From Candidatus Moraniibacteriota bacterium (GTDB lineage Bacteria > Patescibacteriota > Minisyncoccia > Moranbacterales > UBA1568), in contig CP064974.1 of the NCBI GenBank assembly GCA_016699385.1, positions 468,466 through 532,465 on the forward strand: 64,000 bases of DNA, given 5' to 3'. The notes under the pieces were generated by a model. That model ran no database searches, was not told the origin of the DNA, and saw only the letters and a program-made list of their open reading frames with translations. Both the position numbers and the translations under genes were made by a program. Below are positions 37,391 to 48,158 of this stretch, piece after piece (within the stretch, counting starts at the first letter, position 1; every line of letters starts with the position of its first letter).

Positions 37391-39055
37391 TCAGACCATC
37401 GGGCGAGAGGATTCTTCTTCGGCTTCTTTGAGAAGCTGGGGTTGCTTGAGAAAACGAGAAACGATAAATCGACGCACGCTTTCGAGCTCCTCTATCTTGA
37501 GCATCCACGCAACAGCGATAAACGTGGCAACGCCCAGTGTGCCAGAAAGGAGCAACTCCGAAAATACGACAAAGAAAGTATCCAGTTCGACATTCCCGAG
37601 TCCGAAAGAGAACTTTCCAAACTGCACTGCGAGAAGTGCGGCAAGAGAAGCGAGCGTCACCTTGCTCGTAGAAATGAAAAACTCACGATCATTCCACCCC
37701 TCGACACGTTTTCGCAAGAATAAATAGAGGAGCGCAGCATTCACGGTGCTCGCCACTGAGAATGACACTGCGAGCGAAATCGGTCCCCATTTCCCGACAA
37801 AGAAAGCGAGAACGGCAATGTGGATTGCCTCCGAGAAAGCAGCAAGCAAGAGTGGCGTCTTCGTATCCTGCAACGAAAAGAATGCTCGAGCAAAAAGCGG
37901 TATGAGACTCTGCGCAAAAAGACTCAAGGAGAGCGCGCCAAGAATTTCAAAAGTGATACGCGTATCTTCCCAGTCAAAATGCCCCGTCCCCAAGATAACG
38001 CGCACAATTTGTGCGCGAAGCGCGATCATCATAAAACTCACGGGGATAACAAAGAACAGCACCTTCCGAGAGGTCTTCATGAGCATGTCGGAAAATCGAC
38101 GACGTTCGTCTTTAACGGCAAATCCCGACAGCGCTGGAAAAGCAGCAAGAGAAAATGCAACACCAAAAAGCCCAATCGGCACGCTCTGTATATTATTGGC
38201 AAGGGTAAAAGCAGACAGTGTCCCAGAAGCAAGTACAGAGGCGAAAAACGTGACGACAAGAAAGCTCACCTGCCCCACAGCAATACCGAGTGAGCGTGGC
38301 ACCATGAGCCGCACAACACGCCAAACTTCACGGTTTGTAGCAATTGCCGCCCGGAAAGAAAAAGCGAAACCCGCCTTCCGTACACTCGGATACTGCACAA
38401 GCGCATGGAGTAGTGTCCCCAACACGACACCCATCGCCAAACCAATCGGCCCGAAGAATCGAGAGAACACTACTGCACCGAGAATAATACCGACATTATA
38501 GAAAACTGGCGCCAGTGAAAAAACAATGAAGTTCCGAAAGGACACCAACACACTCCCAAAAACAGCACTCATGCCGAGAAAGAGTGGTCCAAGTAACATG
38601 ACCCGCGTAAGACTTGTCGAGAGCAACTGTTTCTCCGGCGAAAAACCGGGAACGATAGCACGTATAATCGGCGCCGCAAAAATTGCCGAGAAAAGCGATA
38701 CTACACCCAGAAGCAAAAGGAGTAGAAGAAGTACGCCGCTGGCAAGCTCCCAGGCAGACTTCTCATCTTTTTTCTCACGAAGCTCGGTAAAAACTGGAAC
38801 AAAAGCCGCCGAGAGTGCCCCTGCAACGAGAAGACCGTACAAAAAATCTGGGATACGAAATGCGGCATAGTAGGCATCGAGCACATCGCCCGCACCAAAT
38901 GTACCGGCCAAAATCCGATCCCGAACGAAGCCAAGCAATCGGCTCACCACACCAAAAACCGCGATAACCAAAGCAGCACCGCCTACCGTCCTATTTGCTC
39001 TCCCATGAAACAGCGAAACGACAAGCATTCGCATCCGATACAAAGTCCCCCTCAT
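37391..39055 (-). CDS. murJ: lipid II flippase MurJ
   Basis: 554 aa polytopic; LLGFVRDRILAGTFGAGDVLDAYYAAFRIPDFLYGLLVAGALSAAFVPVF matches MurJ/MviN N-terminus. Confidence 0.85.
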   Translation of the reverse strand: MRGTLYRMRMLVVSLFHGRANRTVGGAALVIAVFGVVSRLLGFVRDRILAGTFGAGDVLDAYYAAFRIPDFLYGLLVAGALSAAFVPVFTELREKKDEKSAWELASGVLLLLLLLLGVVSLFSAIFAAPIIRAIVPGFSPEKQLLSTSLTRVMLLGPLFLGMSAVFGSVLVSFRNFIVFSLAPVFYNVGIILGAVVFSRFFGPIGLAMGVVLGTLLHALVQYPSVRKAGFAFSFRAAIATNREVWRVVRLMVPRSLGIAVGQVSFLVVTFFASVLASGTLSAFTLANNIQSVPIGLFGVAFSLAAFPALSGFAVKDERRRFSDMLMKTSRKVLFFVIPVSFMMIALRAQIVRVILGTGHFDWEDTRITFEILGALSLSLFAQSLIPLFARAFFSLQDTKTPLLLAAFSEAIHIAVLAFFVGKWGPISLAVSFSVASTVNAALLYLFLRKRVEGWNDREFFISTSKVTLASLAALLAVQFGKFSFGLGNVELDTFFVVFSELLLSGTLGVATFIAVAWMLKIEELESVRRFIVSRFLKQPQLLKEAEEESSRPMV

Positions 39056-39066
39056 ACATACAAAGA

Positions 39067-41490
39067 TTATCGTTTTTGATTCGAGAAGAGAAGACCAACA
39101 AATCGATCATAACTCAGATCTGTCTGCAGATGAACACCCCGCTGAAACGGTACCAGATTTCCCTCAGATTGCCAAACATTTTGGAAGCGTTCTGGAAAAG
39201 CTATTTCGGAATCGAGCAAACTTCCCCTCGAACCGGATTGCTTCTGAAAAACAATCGAATACGAATCAAGTGAATTCTCGGTTTGACTTGGATCAACGTG
39301 AAATGGAAGCAGGTACGTATAGGAAACCTCAACACTCTCACCAGGACTCACGTATACCCAATTCCCAAATACCGTTTTCTCTGCATCGTCTGAAATGCGC
39401 GTCCCCGAAGCGGGATCGATGTGCATCCCCAGTCGTTCGTGCTCGACATCCTGATCGCGAGAGAAGTGTAACGCATCATAGTCAAGCGGCGGATCAACCG
39501 TTTCTCGAGTATACCCTTCGGCAGAGAGGAGGGTCGACCCAAGTGGCACATAGACACGCATATAGTCAGCATTCACCCGATCCCACCACTCTCGCCCGGT
39601 ATGCCCGCCCATATGCATTCGCTTCACGGAAACCGTATCAACAACACTCCCGTCATCCTTTATTTCTGCACGGTGCGTAATCGTTTCATTGATAACACCG
39701 TCCGTCTTGTAGCCGTTTATATTCGAGTGTATGACACTGAGATAATCGCGATCCGCCGAAAGCACTTCTCCTGACCATCCGACATTTCGAATGAGTCGCT
39801 CCATATCACTATTGCGAGAATAAAAGAGCATCTGTTTCTCCGAAAGCCCGGACTCAACCGCCGAAAGCGCCTTCCCAAACGCTCCAGGAGGAGCCCCTTC
39901 CCCAAAAATACGCTCGAGGAGTATTGGTGCCAAATCAGAGAGAATCTGTTTCGGCTTATTTACTTCCCTATCATAAGCAACCTCAACCTGATACTGAATA
40001 GTCTCAAGGAAGTTATCTTCATCGACCGTCACGCCGTAGTCCTCCATTCGAATCGGTCCCGTTATCGCGAGAAACTTCCTGAGAATTTCCGGCGTAAAAG
40101 CGATAACCCCATCGACTGTCGGACCACCAGTTTTCTCGTAAAATGAAATTGCTTTCTCTGCCGAAACGGGAAAATCAGGAAACCAGTTACTATCATGAAG
40201 ACTCCACCCGGCGCTAATCTTCTGTATCGGTTCGGGCGGCACGATATTTGTATGAAGCTGACCGTCAGGATTAAAGATGCCATCAACAAAAAACTTTCGC
40301 ACTCGTCCATCATTCATATCAAGAAAAGCATAGCTCCCGATAAAACCGCCGGTCGCGCGCATTTCCTGATTATTTTCAAAAAGAAAGAGGAATTTCCGCG
40401 GTCCATTTCCTCCCAAGATATCCGCAAAGACATCCCCATGAGCAAGAAAGAGTCGCATGCCAGAGAGCACTTCCGGCAGCTTTGTCTTGAGTCCCAAGAA
40501 CTGATCACGCTTATCTTCCGGAAGGTCGGAAATCGATACCTTGTCGAGATTCTCAAGAGCACTTGAAAGAAGCGTTTCTGCGTGTTCGATTGTTCCGCGC
40601 GTCTCTCGGAATACGGAAAGGAATGAGATATTCTGATTACCCGCCAACGGATTCCCGAGCGAAAAAATCGAACCTCCAACTTTTGATATCGACTCACCTG
40701 CCGCTGAAATATCTCGCGCAGCGTCCACAAGATATTTTCCCGATGACAATTTCGAAACAAGCGGAAGAAATCGCGCTGTCTCAATTACTGTTCCATTCCA
40801 GCTATCAAACAAATCAGACGCCGCCGAAAATGAAATGAACGCTTCTTGAAAAAGTTGATTCGATTCCGCAAAGTTTTTTGTCTTTGCTGTCTCGACCGCC
40901 TGCGAGAGCTCCCCGTAGCCCTCAGTGCTCACGCCAAGCACTTCCCCCTTCATTTTCATTCCCTTTTCAAAGAGCCCAATTCCAAGCCACACGCCCCCCA
41001 AAAGAAGAATGCCGAAAAAAGAAGTGGGGATGATGCGACGATTGCCGAAAACACCATTAAATATCTTCGAAAGAAAAGAAAGCGACGAAGCAAAAGAAAA
41101 CCACCACAAAGAGAGTCGCTCCCGAAACAACTGGCGTGGCGACTTAGTAGACAAGCGCGCATCAACATCAGGAAAAGAATCCGATATTGATGCCTGCGTC
41201 AAAGAAGTTTCGTGATAGGAATCACTTTCGCCAAATTCATCAGAAACAAATTCATCTTGTAATGGCTCCGTCTGTCGATTCAATGTCACCTGAACAGACT
41301 CATCAGGATGCTGACTCTGTTGAGTACGCTCACGATGAATTGTCGGCACTGGCGAAACGAGAGGACGGGGCGATACCGCACAAGAAGACTGCCCCACAGA
41401 AACAGTTTTCTTCACTACTCTAATATCCGACATGCGTCGAAAAGAATCCCTTCTCATGAGTGTAAATTGAAAAAAACAGCAAAAGGACAT
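39067..41490 (-). CDS. large membrane-anchored extracytoplasmic protein (DUF4012-like)
   Basis: 807 aa; TM segment near residue 150; central FLFLFENNQEMRATGGFIGSYAFLD motif, which I recall from DUF4012 proteins. Family call is tentative. Confidence 0.45.
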   Translation of the reverse strand: MSFCCFFQFTLMRRDSFRRMSDIRVVKKTVSVGQSSCAVSPRPLVSPVPTIHRERTQQSQHPDESVQVTLNRQTEPLQDEFVSDEFGESDSYHETSLTQASISDSFPDVDARLSTKSPRQLFRERLSLWWFSFASSLSFLSKIFNGVFGNRRIIPTSFFGILLLGGVWLGIGLFEKGMKMKGEVLGVSTEGYGELSQAVETAKTKNFAESNQLFQEAFISFSAASDLFDSWNGTVIETARFLPLVSKLSSGKYLVDAARDISAAGESISKVGGSIFSLGNPLAGNQNISFLSVFRETRGTIEHAETLLSSALENLDKVSISDLPEDKRDQFLGLKTKLPEVLSGMRLFLAHGDVFADILGGNGPRKFLFLFENNQEMRATGGFIGSYAFLDMNDGRVRKFFVDGIFNPDGQLHTNIVPPEPIQKISAGWSLHDSNWFPDFPVSAEKAISFYEKTGGPTVDGVIAFTPEILRKFLAITGPIRMEDYGVTVDEDNFLETIQYQVEVAYDREVNKPKQILSDLAPILLERIFGEGAPPGAFGKALSAVESGLSEKQMLFYSRNSDMERLIRNVGWSGEVLSADRDYLSVIHSNINGYKTDGVINETITHRAEIKDDGSVVDTVSVKRMHMGGHTGREWWDRVNADYMRVYVPLGSTLLSAEGYTRETVDPPLDYDALHFSRDQDVEHERLGMHIDPASGTRISDDAEKTVFGNWVYVSPGESVEVSYTYLLPFHVDPSQTENSLDSYSIVFQKQSGSRGSLLDSEIAFPERFQNVWQSEGNLVPFQRGVHLQTDLSYDRFVGLLFSNQKR

Positions 41491-41514
41491 CGATCAAAGC
41501 ACTCCACATTCATA

Positions 41515-42699
41515 TCACGAATGACCTTTAAAATGTGTTTTATATACAGAAAGCGTTTCTTTTGCCATATTCTCCCATGAAAAACGGGCCACCTGTGCAA
41601 ATCCCCGAGCACGAAGCGACGTTCGAAGCGCCTCATCATTCCAAATCGATACCAGTGCTGTTTGGAATGCCGACGAATCATGCGGATCAAACAATATCGC
41701 CGCATCACCCAATACTTCAGGAAACGTTGTTGCACGCGCCGCAATAACCGGAGAGCCTTTTGCCATCGCTTCAAGGGGCGGCAACCCAAATCCCTCATAC
41801 AGAGAAGAAAACACTGAAACGCGCGCATACCGATACAAGAGGTCAAGCTGCTCATCTGAGACAACGCCTGCAAAGATTATCCGGTCCATATTTCGCCGTT
41901 TTGCATACATCTTGAGACGACGGTAAAAATAATCATCTCCGCCGACCAAGACTAAGCGTGCGGTCGTATCAGGAAACTGATCAAATGCCGAGAGCAAAAA
42001 TTCGAGATTCTTGTGCGGATAGGCATTCCCTACGTAGAGAGCATACGGCTTCAGTATATCATGAAACGAACTGTATTTCCTTTTGACAGATACTTCCGGA
42101 GGAAGAATGCCAATTGATGCAAAAAATTGTACCGCTCTTTCATACGGTAATATTCGACAAACAGGACTCGCTGCCTCATAGGTGACCGTCAACTTATCAG
42201 GGGTAATATTATAGCAACTGAGAATATCCCGTTTTGTATATTCTGAAATAGTGATGAGGGAGTCTGAACGAAAAATGGCATTCCGAATTACAAGACGATA
42301 GGCGAGGAATTTCAAACGGTAGAGGAGAGGACTGAGCGTCGTCGCACGCAATGTAGGAAATCGCAAAAGAATAAGATCATGCACAGTGACAACAAACGGA
42401 CGCCTATAAAGAAGTGGCACATTGAAGTGCGGGAAATGTACTAAATCAAGTCGCTCCCGAAAAAGCGCGAGCGGAAAGAGGAATTGTTCTGCACAAGAAT
42501 ACCACCGAAAGTCCGCCAGCACTTTTCGGAAGTGACGATTCGTCGGCACGTAGTGATCAAAATTCTCACGACGCAAAAAAATCACATAGTCATTTTCTGT
42601 ATCGAGAACCTCGAGCTCTCGAATAAGTTCCGCCGTATACCGCCCGAGACCACCTCGACCAGCCGATCCGTAGAACCGAGCATCAATGCCAATTTTCAT
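41515..42699 (-). CDS. glycosyltransferase family 4
   Basis: SSLYEGFGLPPLEAMAKGSPVIAARATTFPEVLGDAAILFDP GT4 C-terminal signature. Confidence 0.8.
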   Translation of the reverse strand: MKIGIDARFYGSAGRGGLGRYTAELIRELEVLDTENDYVIFLRRENFDHYVPTNRHFRKVLADFRWYSCAEQFLFPLALFRERLDLVHFPHFNVPLLYRRPFVVTVHDLILLRFPTLRATTLSPLLYRLKFLAYRLVIRNAIFRSDSLITISEYTKRDILSCYNITPDKLTVTYEAASPVCRILPYERAVQFFASIGILPPEVSVKRKYSSFHDILKPYALYVGNAYPHKNLEFLLSAFDQFPDTTARLVLVGGDDYFYRRLKMYAKRRNMDRIIFAGVVSDEQLDLLYRYARVSVFSSLYEGFGLPPLEAMAKGSPVIAARATTFPEVLGDAAILFDPHDSSAFQTALVSIWNDEALRTSLRARGFAQVARFSWENMAKETLSVYKTHFKGHS

Positions 42700-43427
42700 G
42701 ATTTCGCACCTACAGTCTCTGACGATTTCTCTTCCTCTTGTTTCTTTGTAGCGATTTGTTCTTGCTCGGCAGAAAATAAGAAAAGTGCCTGCGCAGCAAG
42801 TGCCTTGAAAATCTCAGGGTCTTCTACGGTGCCTGTTTTCTTGCGAAGCACGACAAATGCAAGACTTCCTTTCACTCGCCGAGGCGAACGAATAATACAA
42901 TAGTCTCCCTCGCGTATCACTGTTTCAGTGCGTTTGGCAAGCTCTTGATAATTTAGTACGGGACATCGCTTTCCGCGTACATCGAATTTCTTTTTGATCA
43001 CTCCTGAGCGAAGATCGACCACGCACAGAAAGAACACGTCGGTTTTTCCAAGAAGCCCGAGCGCTTCCATGATAGATTCATAGACTTCTTTGAGGCGTTC
43101 CGGAGTAATGGCGGCAGTTTCAGGAAGCCCAAGTGCAATATTTTTTACAATTTCCATCTTTCGATTAATCTCCGCGATATAGGAATACGAATCGGCAAGA
43201 TCACGAGAAACGCGAGAAGTTTCCTTTTGGAGCTTCACTTTCTCGCTCAATTGGAAGCGAAGCTGATTCTCCTTCCACAAATAGATGAGAAGACCTATTG
43301 CTCCAACGAAGAAGATGAGAAGCGACTCCTGGTCATCCTCTGCGAGAAACAGGCGATCGCCGTTTATCACCTTTGGAACAAGCACGATAAACACGAAGAG
43401 TGTGAGATATATCCAATACATAGGCAT
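42696..43427 (-). CDS. hypothetical membrane-anchored protein
   Basis: 243 aa; two N-terminal TM helices; 4-nt overlap with downstream GT4 gene suggests co-translation. Confidence 0.4.
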   Translation of the reverse strand: MPMYWIYLTLFVFIVLVPKVINGDRLFLAEDDQESLLIFFVGAIGLLIYLWKENQLRFQLSEKVKLQKETSRVSRDLADSYSYIAEINRKMEIVKNIALGLPETAAITPERLKEVYESIMEALGLLGKTDVFFLCVVDLRSGVIKKKFDVRGKRCPVLNYQELAKRTETVIREGDYCIIRSPRRVKGSLAFVVLRKKTGTVEDPEIFKALAAQALFLFSAEQEQIATKKQEEEKSSETVGAKS

Positions 43428-43481
43428 GCTCCATCAAGAGTTTTCAGAAAATTTTGAAACACTCTCTCTTCATTACAAATA

Positions 43482-44366
43482 TCAGAATTCGCGAGTCAAT
43501 TGCTTCAAATGCTCACGAAGTTTCGGTCCTGTTTCAGGATGCTGAAGACCAAAATGCAATGTCGTCTTGAGAAAATTGAACTTATCGCCCGTATCAAACC
43601 ATTCTCCTTCGAGAATGCGCCCATGAATCGGTTTCCCCTCGCGAAGCATGATATTGAAAGCGTCGACAAGTCGTATTTCACCCGAATCACCCTCAGTCAT
43701 CGTAGAGAGTGTCCGAAAAACATCATTCGTCAAAATATATTTCCCCGGCGCAACAATCGTACTCGGAGCCGCCTCGACAGATGGTTTCTCTACAATTTCT
43801 CGTACACGGACATCTCGAACATTGAGGCTCTCCCCTGCCACCACACCAAACTTCGATACTTCTTCACGAGGAATATCTGCAAGTCCAATAATTGGCGTCT
43901 TATACTCGGCATACGCCTCAATAAGCTGGCGAGACGCCGGTATAGCGCTATCATAAATGCAGTCACCAAAAATCACCAAAACACTCTCATCATCATCAAC
44001 CAAATGCGCCGCCTGAAAAAGCGCATGTCCATCTCCCAAAGGAATCGGCTGCCGCACATACGAAAATTTCGCCAAACCCGAAATTTTCTGCACCGCTTCA
44101 AGCAAATCAAGTTTATTCTTCTCAACAAGCGTGTCCTCAAGCTCATATGAGACATCGAAGTGATCTTCAATGGCGCGCTTTCCACGACCCGTCACAAAAA
44201 TAATCTCTTCGATGCCAGAAGCAACCGCCTCTTCGACCAAATATTGAACAACCGGTTTATCGACAACGGGCAACATCTCTTTCGGCTGAGCCTTCGTCGC
44301 TGGCAAAAAACGCGTCCCAAATCCCGCAACCGGAAGAATCGCTTTCTTAATTTTTGTGTGCTCCAT
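43482..44366 (-). CDS. galU: UTP--glucose-1-phosphate uridylyltransferase
   Basis: KAILPVAGFGTRFLPATKAQPKEMLPVVDKPVVQYLVEEA matches the GalU signature. Confidence 0.85.
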   Translation of the reverse strand: MEHTKIKKAILPVAGFGTRFLPATKAQPKEMLPVVDKPVVQYLVEEAVASGIEEIIFVTGRGKRAIEDHFDVSYELEDTLVEKNKLDLLEAVQKISGLAKFSYVRQPIPLGDGHALFQAAHLVDDDESVLVIFGDCIYDSAIPASRQLIEAYAEYKTPIIGLADIPREEVSKFGVVAGESLNVRDVRVREIVEKPSVEAAPSTIVAPGKYILTNDVFRTLSTMTEGDSGEIRLVDAFNIMLREGKPIHGRILEGEWFDTGDKFNFLKTTLHFGLQHPETGPKLREHLKQLTREF

Positions 44367-44435
44367 ATTCGTATACCTAAAGTTCATTCAAGAAGACATC
44401 CTGCAAAAAATAAATTGAGAAATTCAAAATAACGC

Positions 44436-45680
44436 CTATTGATACAACGGGAACCGCTTACATAACACGCGGACTTCTTTTCGCAATACCTTCAAACAAC
44501 GCTCGTCACCCTTCGACCGAAGCGCTTGATCCATCCATTCGACGATTTTCTGAATATCTCGCTCTTTCATACCGCGCGTTGTCACCGCTGGCACACCAAT
44601 TCGTATGCCAGACGGATCCATTGGACTTCGTGTTTCATCTGGTATCACGTTCTTGTTAATCGTAATACCGATTGCATCGAGCAATGTCTCAGCCTCTCGC
44701 CCACTCACACCGAGTGTCCTCCACACATCTATCAAGATCATGTGATTTTCCGTCCCCCCAAAGAGCACATGGTATCCGCGACGTTGAAACTCGACCGAAA
44801 GCTTCGTGGCATTTTTGAGCATCTGCGACGCATATTTCTTGAAACTTGCCTTTGATGCCTCCTGGAACGCAACCGCTTTCGCAGCGATGATATTCATATG
44901 GGGACCACCCTGAATACCGGGAAATACCGCCTTGTCGATATCTTTTGCAAACTGCTCTCGCGAGAGAATCATGCCTCCACGAGGACCTCGAAGTGTCTTG
45001 TGTGTCGTTGTCGTCACAATATCAAAATACTCAACTGGATTCGGCACGACACCTCCCGCAACCAACCCCGCGATATGCGCCATATCCATCATGGTGATAG
45101 CGCCCACCTTCTTCCCAACGGCTACAAATTTCGCGTAGTCAATCTGTCGCGTATACGAAGAGAATCCTGCAAGGAGAAGCTTTGGTTTTTCCACTTTTGC
45201 AAGTGCCTCAAGTTTTCGATAGTCAATGCTTCCGTCCGCTTCCGTCTTGTACCGAACGAAGCGAAAAATCTTCGAAGTAAACGTCACCGGATGTCCATGC
45301 GTCAAGTGCCCCCCATGAGAAAGATCCATACCGAGCACCGTATCGCCCGGCTGAAGCAGGGCGGCGTAGGCAGACATATTCGCCGAAGCGCCCGAAAGCG
45401 GCTGAACATTCACATGTTCTGCTCCAAAGAGCTTCTTTGCTCGATCAATCGCGAGCGTCTCAACCACATCAGTAAACTCCTGCCCACCATAATAACGACG
45501 CCCCGGATACCCCTCGGAATATTTATTGGTAAATACGGTTCCGAGTGTCTCGATAACCGCAGGCGAAGCATAATTCTCCGATGCAATCATTTCCAAACCC
45601 TCCTCCTGCCGCTTCATCTCCCCAGCTATTGCGAGCATCACCTTTCCATCTGTTTTCTTGAGTTCTGTATATCGAAACAT
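44436..45680 (-). CDS. glyA: serine hydroxymethyltransferase
   Basis: IASENYASPAVIETLGTVFTNKYSEGYPGRRYYGG...TTTTHKTLRGPRGG (PLP-lysine region). Confidence 0.9.
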   Translation of the reverse strand: MFRYTELKKTDGKVMLAIAGEMKRQEEGLEMIASENYASPAVIETLGTVFTNKYSEGYPGRRYYGGQEFTDVVETLAIDRAKKLFGAEHVNVQPLSGASANMSAYAALLQPGDTVLGMDLSHGGHLTHGHPVTFTSKIFRFVRYKTEADGSIDYRKLEALAKVEKPKLLLAGFSSYTRQIDYAKFVAVGKKVGAITMMDMAHIAGLVAGGVVPNPVEYFDIVTTTTHKTLRGPRGGMILSREQFAKDIDKAVFPGIQGGPHMNIIAAKAVAFQEASKASFKKYASQMLKNATKLSVEFQRRGYHVLFGGTENHMILIDVWRTLGVSGREAETLLDAIGITINKNVIPDETRSPMDPSGIRIGVPAVTTRGMKERDIQKIVEWMDQALRSKGDERCLKVLRKEVRVLCKRFPLYQ

Positions 45681-45807
45681 ATCGTTACGTTACATCACAG
45701 ATAAGCCAATCCTCTATCCGGAGAGTATACCAAATAAGCCGGAAAAACAAAAGGAAACCCATTGCAAGCGGGTTTCCAAGAAATACAAACGTCAGATTTT
45801 TTCTCTA

Positions 45808-46314
45808 CTATCGCTTGCTCCACTGCGGAGCGCGACGAGCTTTGTTGAGACCAGGTTTCTTGCGCTCCACTTTTCGAGCATCTCGAGTCAAGAAACTCCC
45901 AGCCTTGAGAAGCGGGCGGTACTCTCCACTAGCAACAACGAGTGCACGAGCAAGTCCCAATCCGGAAGCGCTTGCCTGCCCCGAAGGACCACCTCCACGG
46001 ACATGGACGGAAATACGGAATTTGTTCTCCATTCCCACAGCGCGAATTGAATCAAGAAGAAGATTCTGCAGGCGAACCGTCGGAAAGTATTCCTTTGCCG
46101 TCTTACCATTCACAGAGACCTCGCTTTCACCTTCAGCGGCGTCTTCAAAAATTCGCACCGTAGCAACTGCCGTCTTCCGGCGACCAACACCAGCAAAATA
46201 TTTCTGCATTGCTGCCACTTCAATCGCCGGTTCCATCTCCACTTTCTTTTCATCGGAAACAGTCTCCTTTGGTTCATGAACGGCTTTCTTCGTAATTTCT
46301 TTCTTGGTTGCCAT
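45808..46314 (-). CDS. rpsI: 30S ribosomal protein S9 with Lys/Glu-rich N-terminal extension
   Basis: C-terminal GGGPSGQASASGLGLARALV...KAGSFLTRDARKVERKKPGLNKARRAPQWSKR. Confidence 0.9.
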   Translation of the reverse strand: MATKKEITKKAVHEPKETVSDEKKVEMEPAIEVAAMQKYFAGVGRRKTAVATVRIFEDAAEGESEVSVNGKTAKEYFPTVRLQNLLLDSIRAVGMENKFRISVHVRGGGPSGQASASGLGLARALVVASGEYRPLLKAGSFLTRDARKVERKKPGLNKARRAPQWSKR

Positions 46315-46329
46315 AAAAAAGCAGAAAAG

Positions 46330-46734
46330 TTAGAGGGTAAGCGTTTCATCAATAGCATGCTTCTGCTCTGCATTCGGATAGAAAAGCAGTCGAGTCATCA
46401 TACGATCACGAAGTTTGTTCTTCGGAAGCATGCCATACACCGCCATCTCAAGCACCTTACGCGAATCCTTCTTCATCTGATCTTTGAGACGGATAGAAGT
46501 GATGCCGCCAGGATAGCCACTAAAGCGATGATAAATCTTATCTTCAAGCTTTTTGCCGGTCACCACCATGCCATCGGTATTCACCACAACCACGAAGTCT
46601 CCACCATCAATGTGTGGAGCAAAATTTACTTTCCCTTTTCCAGAGACTGCTTTCGCAACTCGTGTTGCCAGGCGACCGAGAATCTGTCCCTGTGCATCGA
46701 TAAGAAAATGTTTCCGTTGAGACTGTTCTTTCAT
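46330..46734 (-). CDS. rplM: 50S ribosomal protein L13
   Basis: QRKHFLIDAQGQILGRLATRVAKAVSGKG; internal Met start chosen. Confidence 0.9.
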   Translation of the reverse strand: MKEQSQRKHFLIDAQGQILGRLATRVAKAVSGKGKVNFAPHIDGGDFVVVVNTDGMVVTGKKLEDKIYHRFSGYPGGITSIRLKDQMKKDSRKVLEMAVYGMLPKNKLRDRMMTRLLFYPNAEQKHAIDETLTL

Positions 46735-46738
46735 ACAA

Positions 46739-47110
46739 TTAGTCAACAAATTCAAGAATAGCCACTTTTGCTCCGTCAGTTTTCCGAGGAGCAAGTTTTA
46801 CCACACGAGTAAATCCGCTCGTTCGCGTCCCAAACTTTTTCAGAAAATCCACATCACAGAGACGATCGAGCGTCACTTCAGACACGCGCTTCTTCAGAAG
46901 TCGGATAGTCGCCACGCGTCGATCAGGAACATCAACGCCCTCCTTGGCAATATTCACCAGACGATCAATACGAGATTTCATCTCCTTGGCACGCGCCTCC
47001 GTCGTCCGGATGCGTCCATGGAGCACCAAACCCTCAGCAAGACTTTTCACAAGTGCTCGCCTCTGGCTTCGATTTCGTTCGAGTTTTCGTCCTGAGTTCT
47101 GATGATTCAT
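46739..47110 (-). CDS. rplQ: 50S ribosomal protein L17
   Basis: MNHQNSGRKLERNRSQRRALVKSLAEGLVLHGRIRTTEARAKE. Confidence 0.9.
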   Translation of the reverse strand: MNHQNSGRKLERNRSQRRALVKSLAEGLVLHGRIRTTEARAKEMKSRIDRLVNIAKEGVDVPDRRVATIRLLKKRVSEVTLDRLCDVDFLKKFGTRTSGFTRVVKLAPRKTDGAKVAILEFVD

Positions 47111-47134
47111 AGTCGTCTCGTTCCTTTCGGAAAA

Positions 47135-48043
47135 TTATGCCGATACCGCAAAAGAAAGTCCCGCTTCCTTCAAAGCATGCTCCACTTCTTCAAAACCCTT
47201 CTCACCCATACCAGAAAAATCGCGAACTTCCGCTTCGGAAAGTGCAGCAATATCTGAAAGTGTGTGTATCTCATACGCCGCAAGCACCTTTCTCGTTCTC
47301 GCTGAGAACGCGCCGAACTCCGCATCTCCCAATTTCTCCTGCTCCTTCTGAATAACTTCTTCACTACGCAATGCCGAGAATTGACCCATCAAAATAGCAA
47401 CAGCTCGCTGAAAAGCTTCTTCTGGAGTAATACTCCCATCAGTCAGTACTTCGAGAGTAATGCGATCAAAGTCAGTCCGTTTTCCAACACGCATGTTTTC
47501 CACCGTATAGTTTACACGCTCAATCGGCGTATAAATAGCATCAATGGCAATAACACCAATTTCCTTCTCACGTCGAACCTGGTGTTCAACAGCAATATAT
47601 CCAAGACCGCGCTCCACTGTCAATTCGAGTTCAAGTTCGGCTTTCTTGTCAGTCAGCGTAGCAATCAACTGGTCGCCATTCACGATTTCCAAAGAGGAAG
47701 GCGTATGAATTTTCTCGGCGCATACCGCACCCTCGCCCTTTGCCTTCAAAGTTATCTTGACCAATTCATCATCACCATGCATGCGAAAGCGCACCTTCTT
47801 GAGATTCAAGATAATTTTTACCATATCCTCGAGAACACCCGGGAGCGTCGAGAACTCATGCGAAACATTCAGAATCTTTACAGAAGTAATCGCTGCTCCT
47901 TCGAGGGACGACAACAACACTCGGCGAAGCGCATTCCCCAAAGTAGCGCCATACCCTGGATAACATCCGTCAATTTCAAATTTCCCGAAATGTTCGCCGA
48001 TCGCCGTATACTTTGGCTCCTGCGGAAGAGATATAGTCTGCAT
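47135..48043 (-). CDS. rpoA: DNA-directed RNA polymerase subunit alpha
   Basis: GYGATLGNALRRVLLSSLEGAAITSVKI N-terminal domain; alpha-CTD at C-terminus; canonical position between rpsD and rplQ. Confidence 0.9.
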   Translation of the reverse strand: MQTISLPQEPKYTAIGEHFGKFEIDGCYPGYGATLGNALRRVLLSSLEGAAITSVKILNVSHEFSTLPGVLEDMVKIILNLKKVRFRMHGDDELVKITLKAKGEGAVCAEKIHTPSSLEIVNGDQLIATLTDKKAELELELTVERGLGYIAVEHQVRREKEIGVIAIDAIYTPIERVNYTVENMRVGKRTDFDRITLEVLTDGSITPEEAFQRAVAILMGQFSALRSEEVIQKEQEKLGDAEFGAFSARTRKVLAAYEIHTLSDIAALSEAEVRDFSGMGEKGFEEVEHALKEAGLSFAVSA

Positions 48044-48158
48044 ACCGTTTTCCGTTCCTCCTGAGACACACCTCTCCAGAAAAATGTCAGCATTCAGCTG
48101 TCAGTATCAAGAGAGATACGCTAGAAAGCGGTTAAGAGTAAATCAACAAAACACTAAC

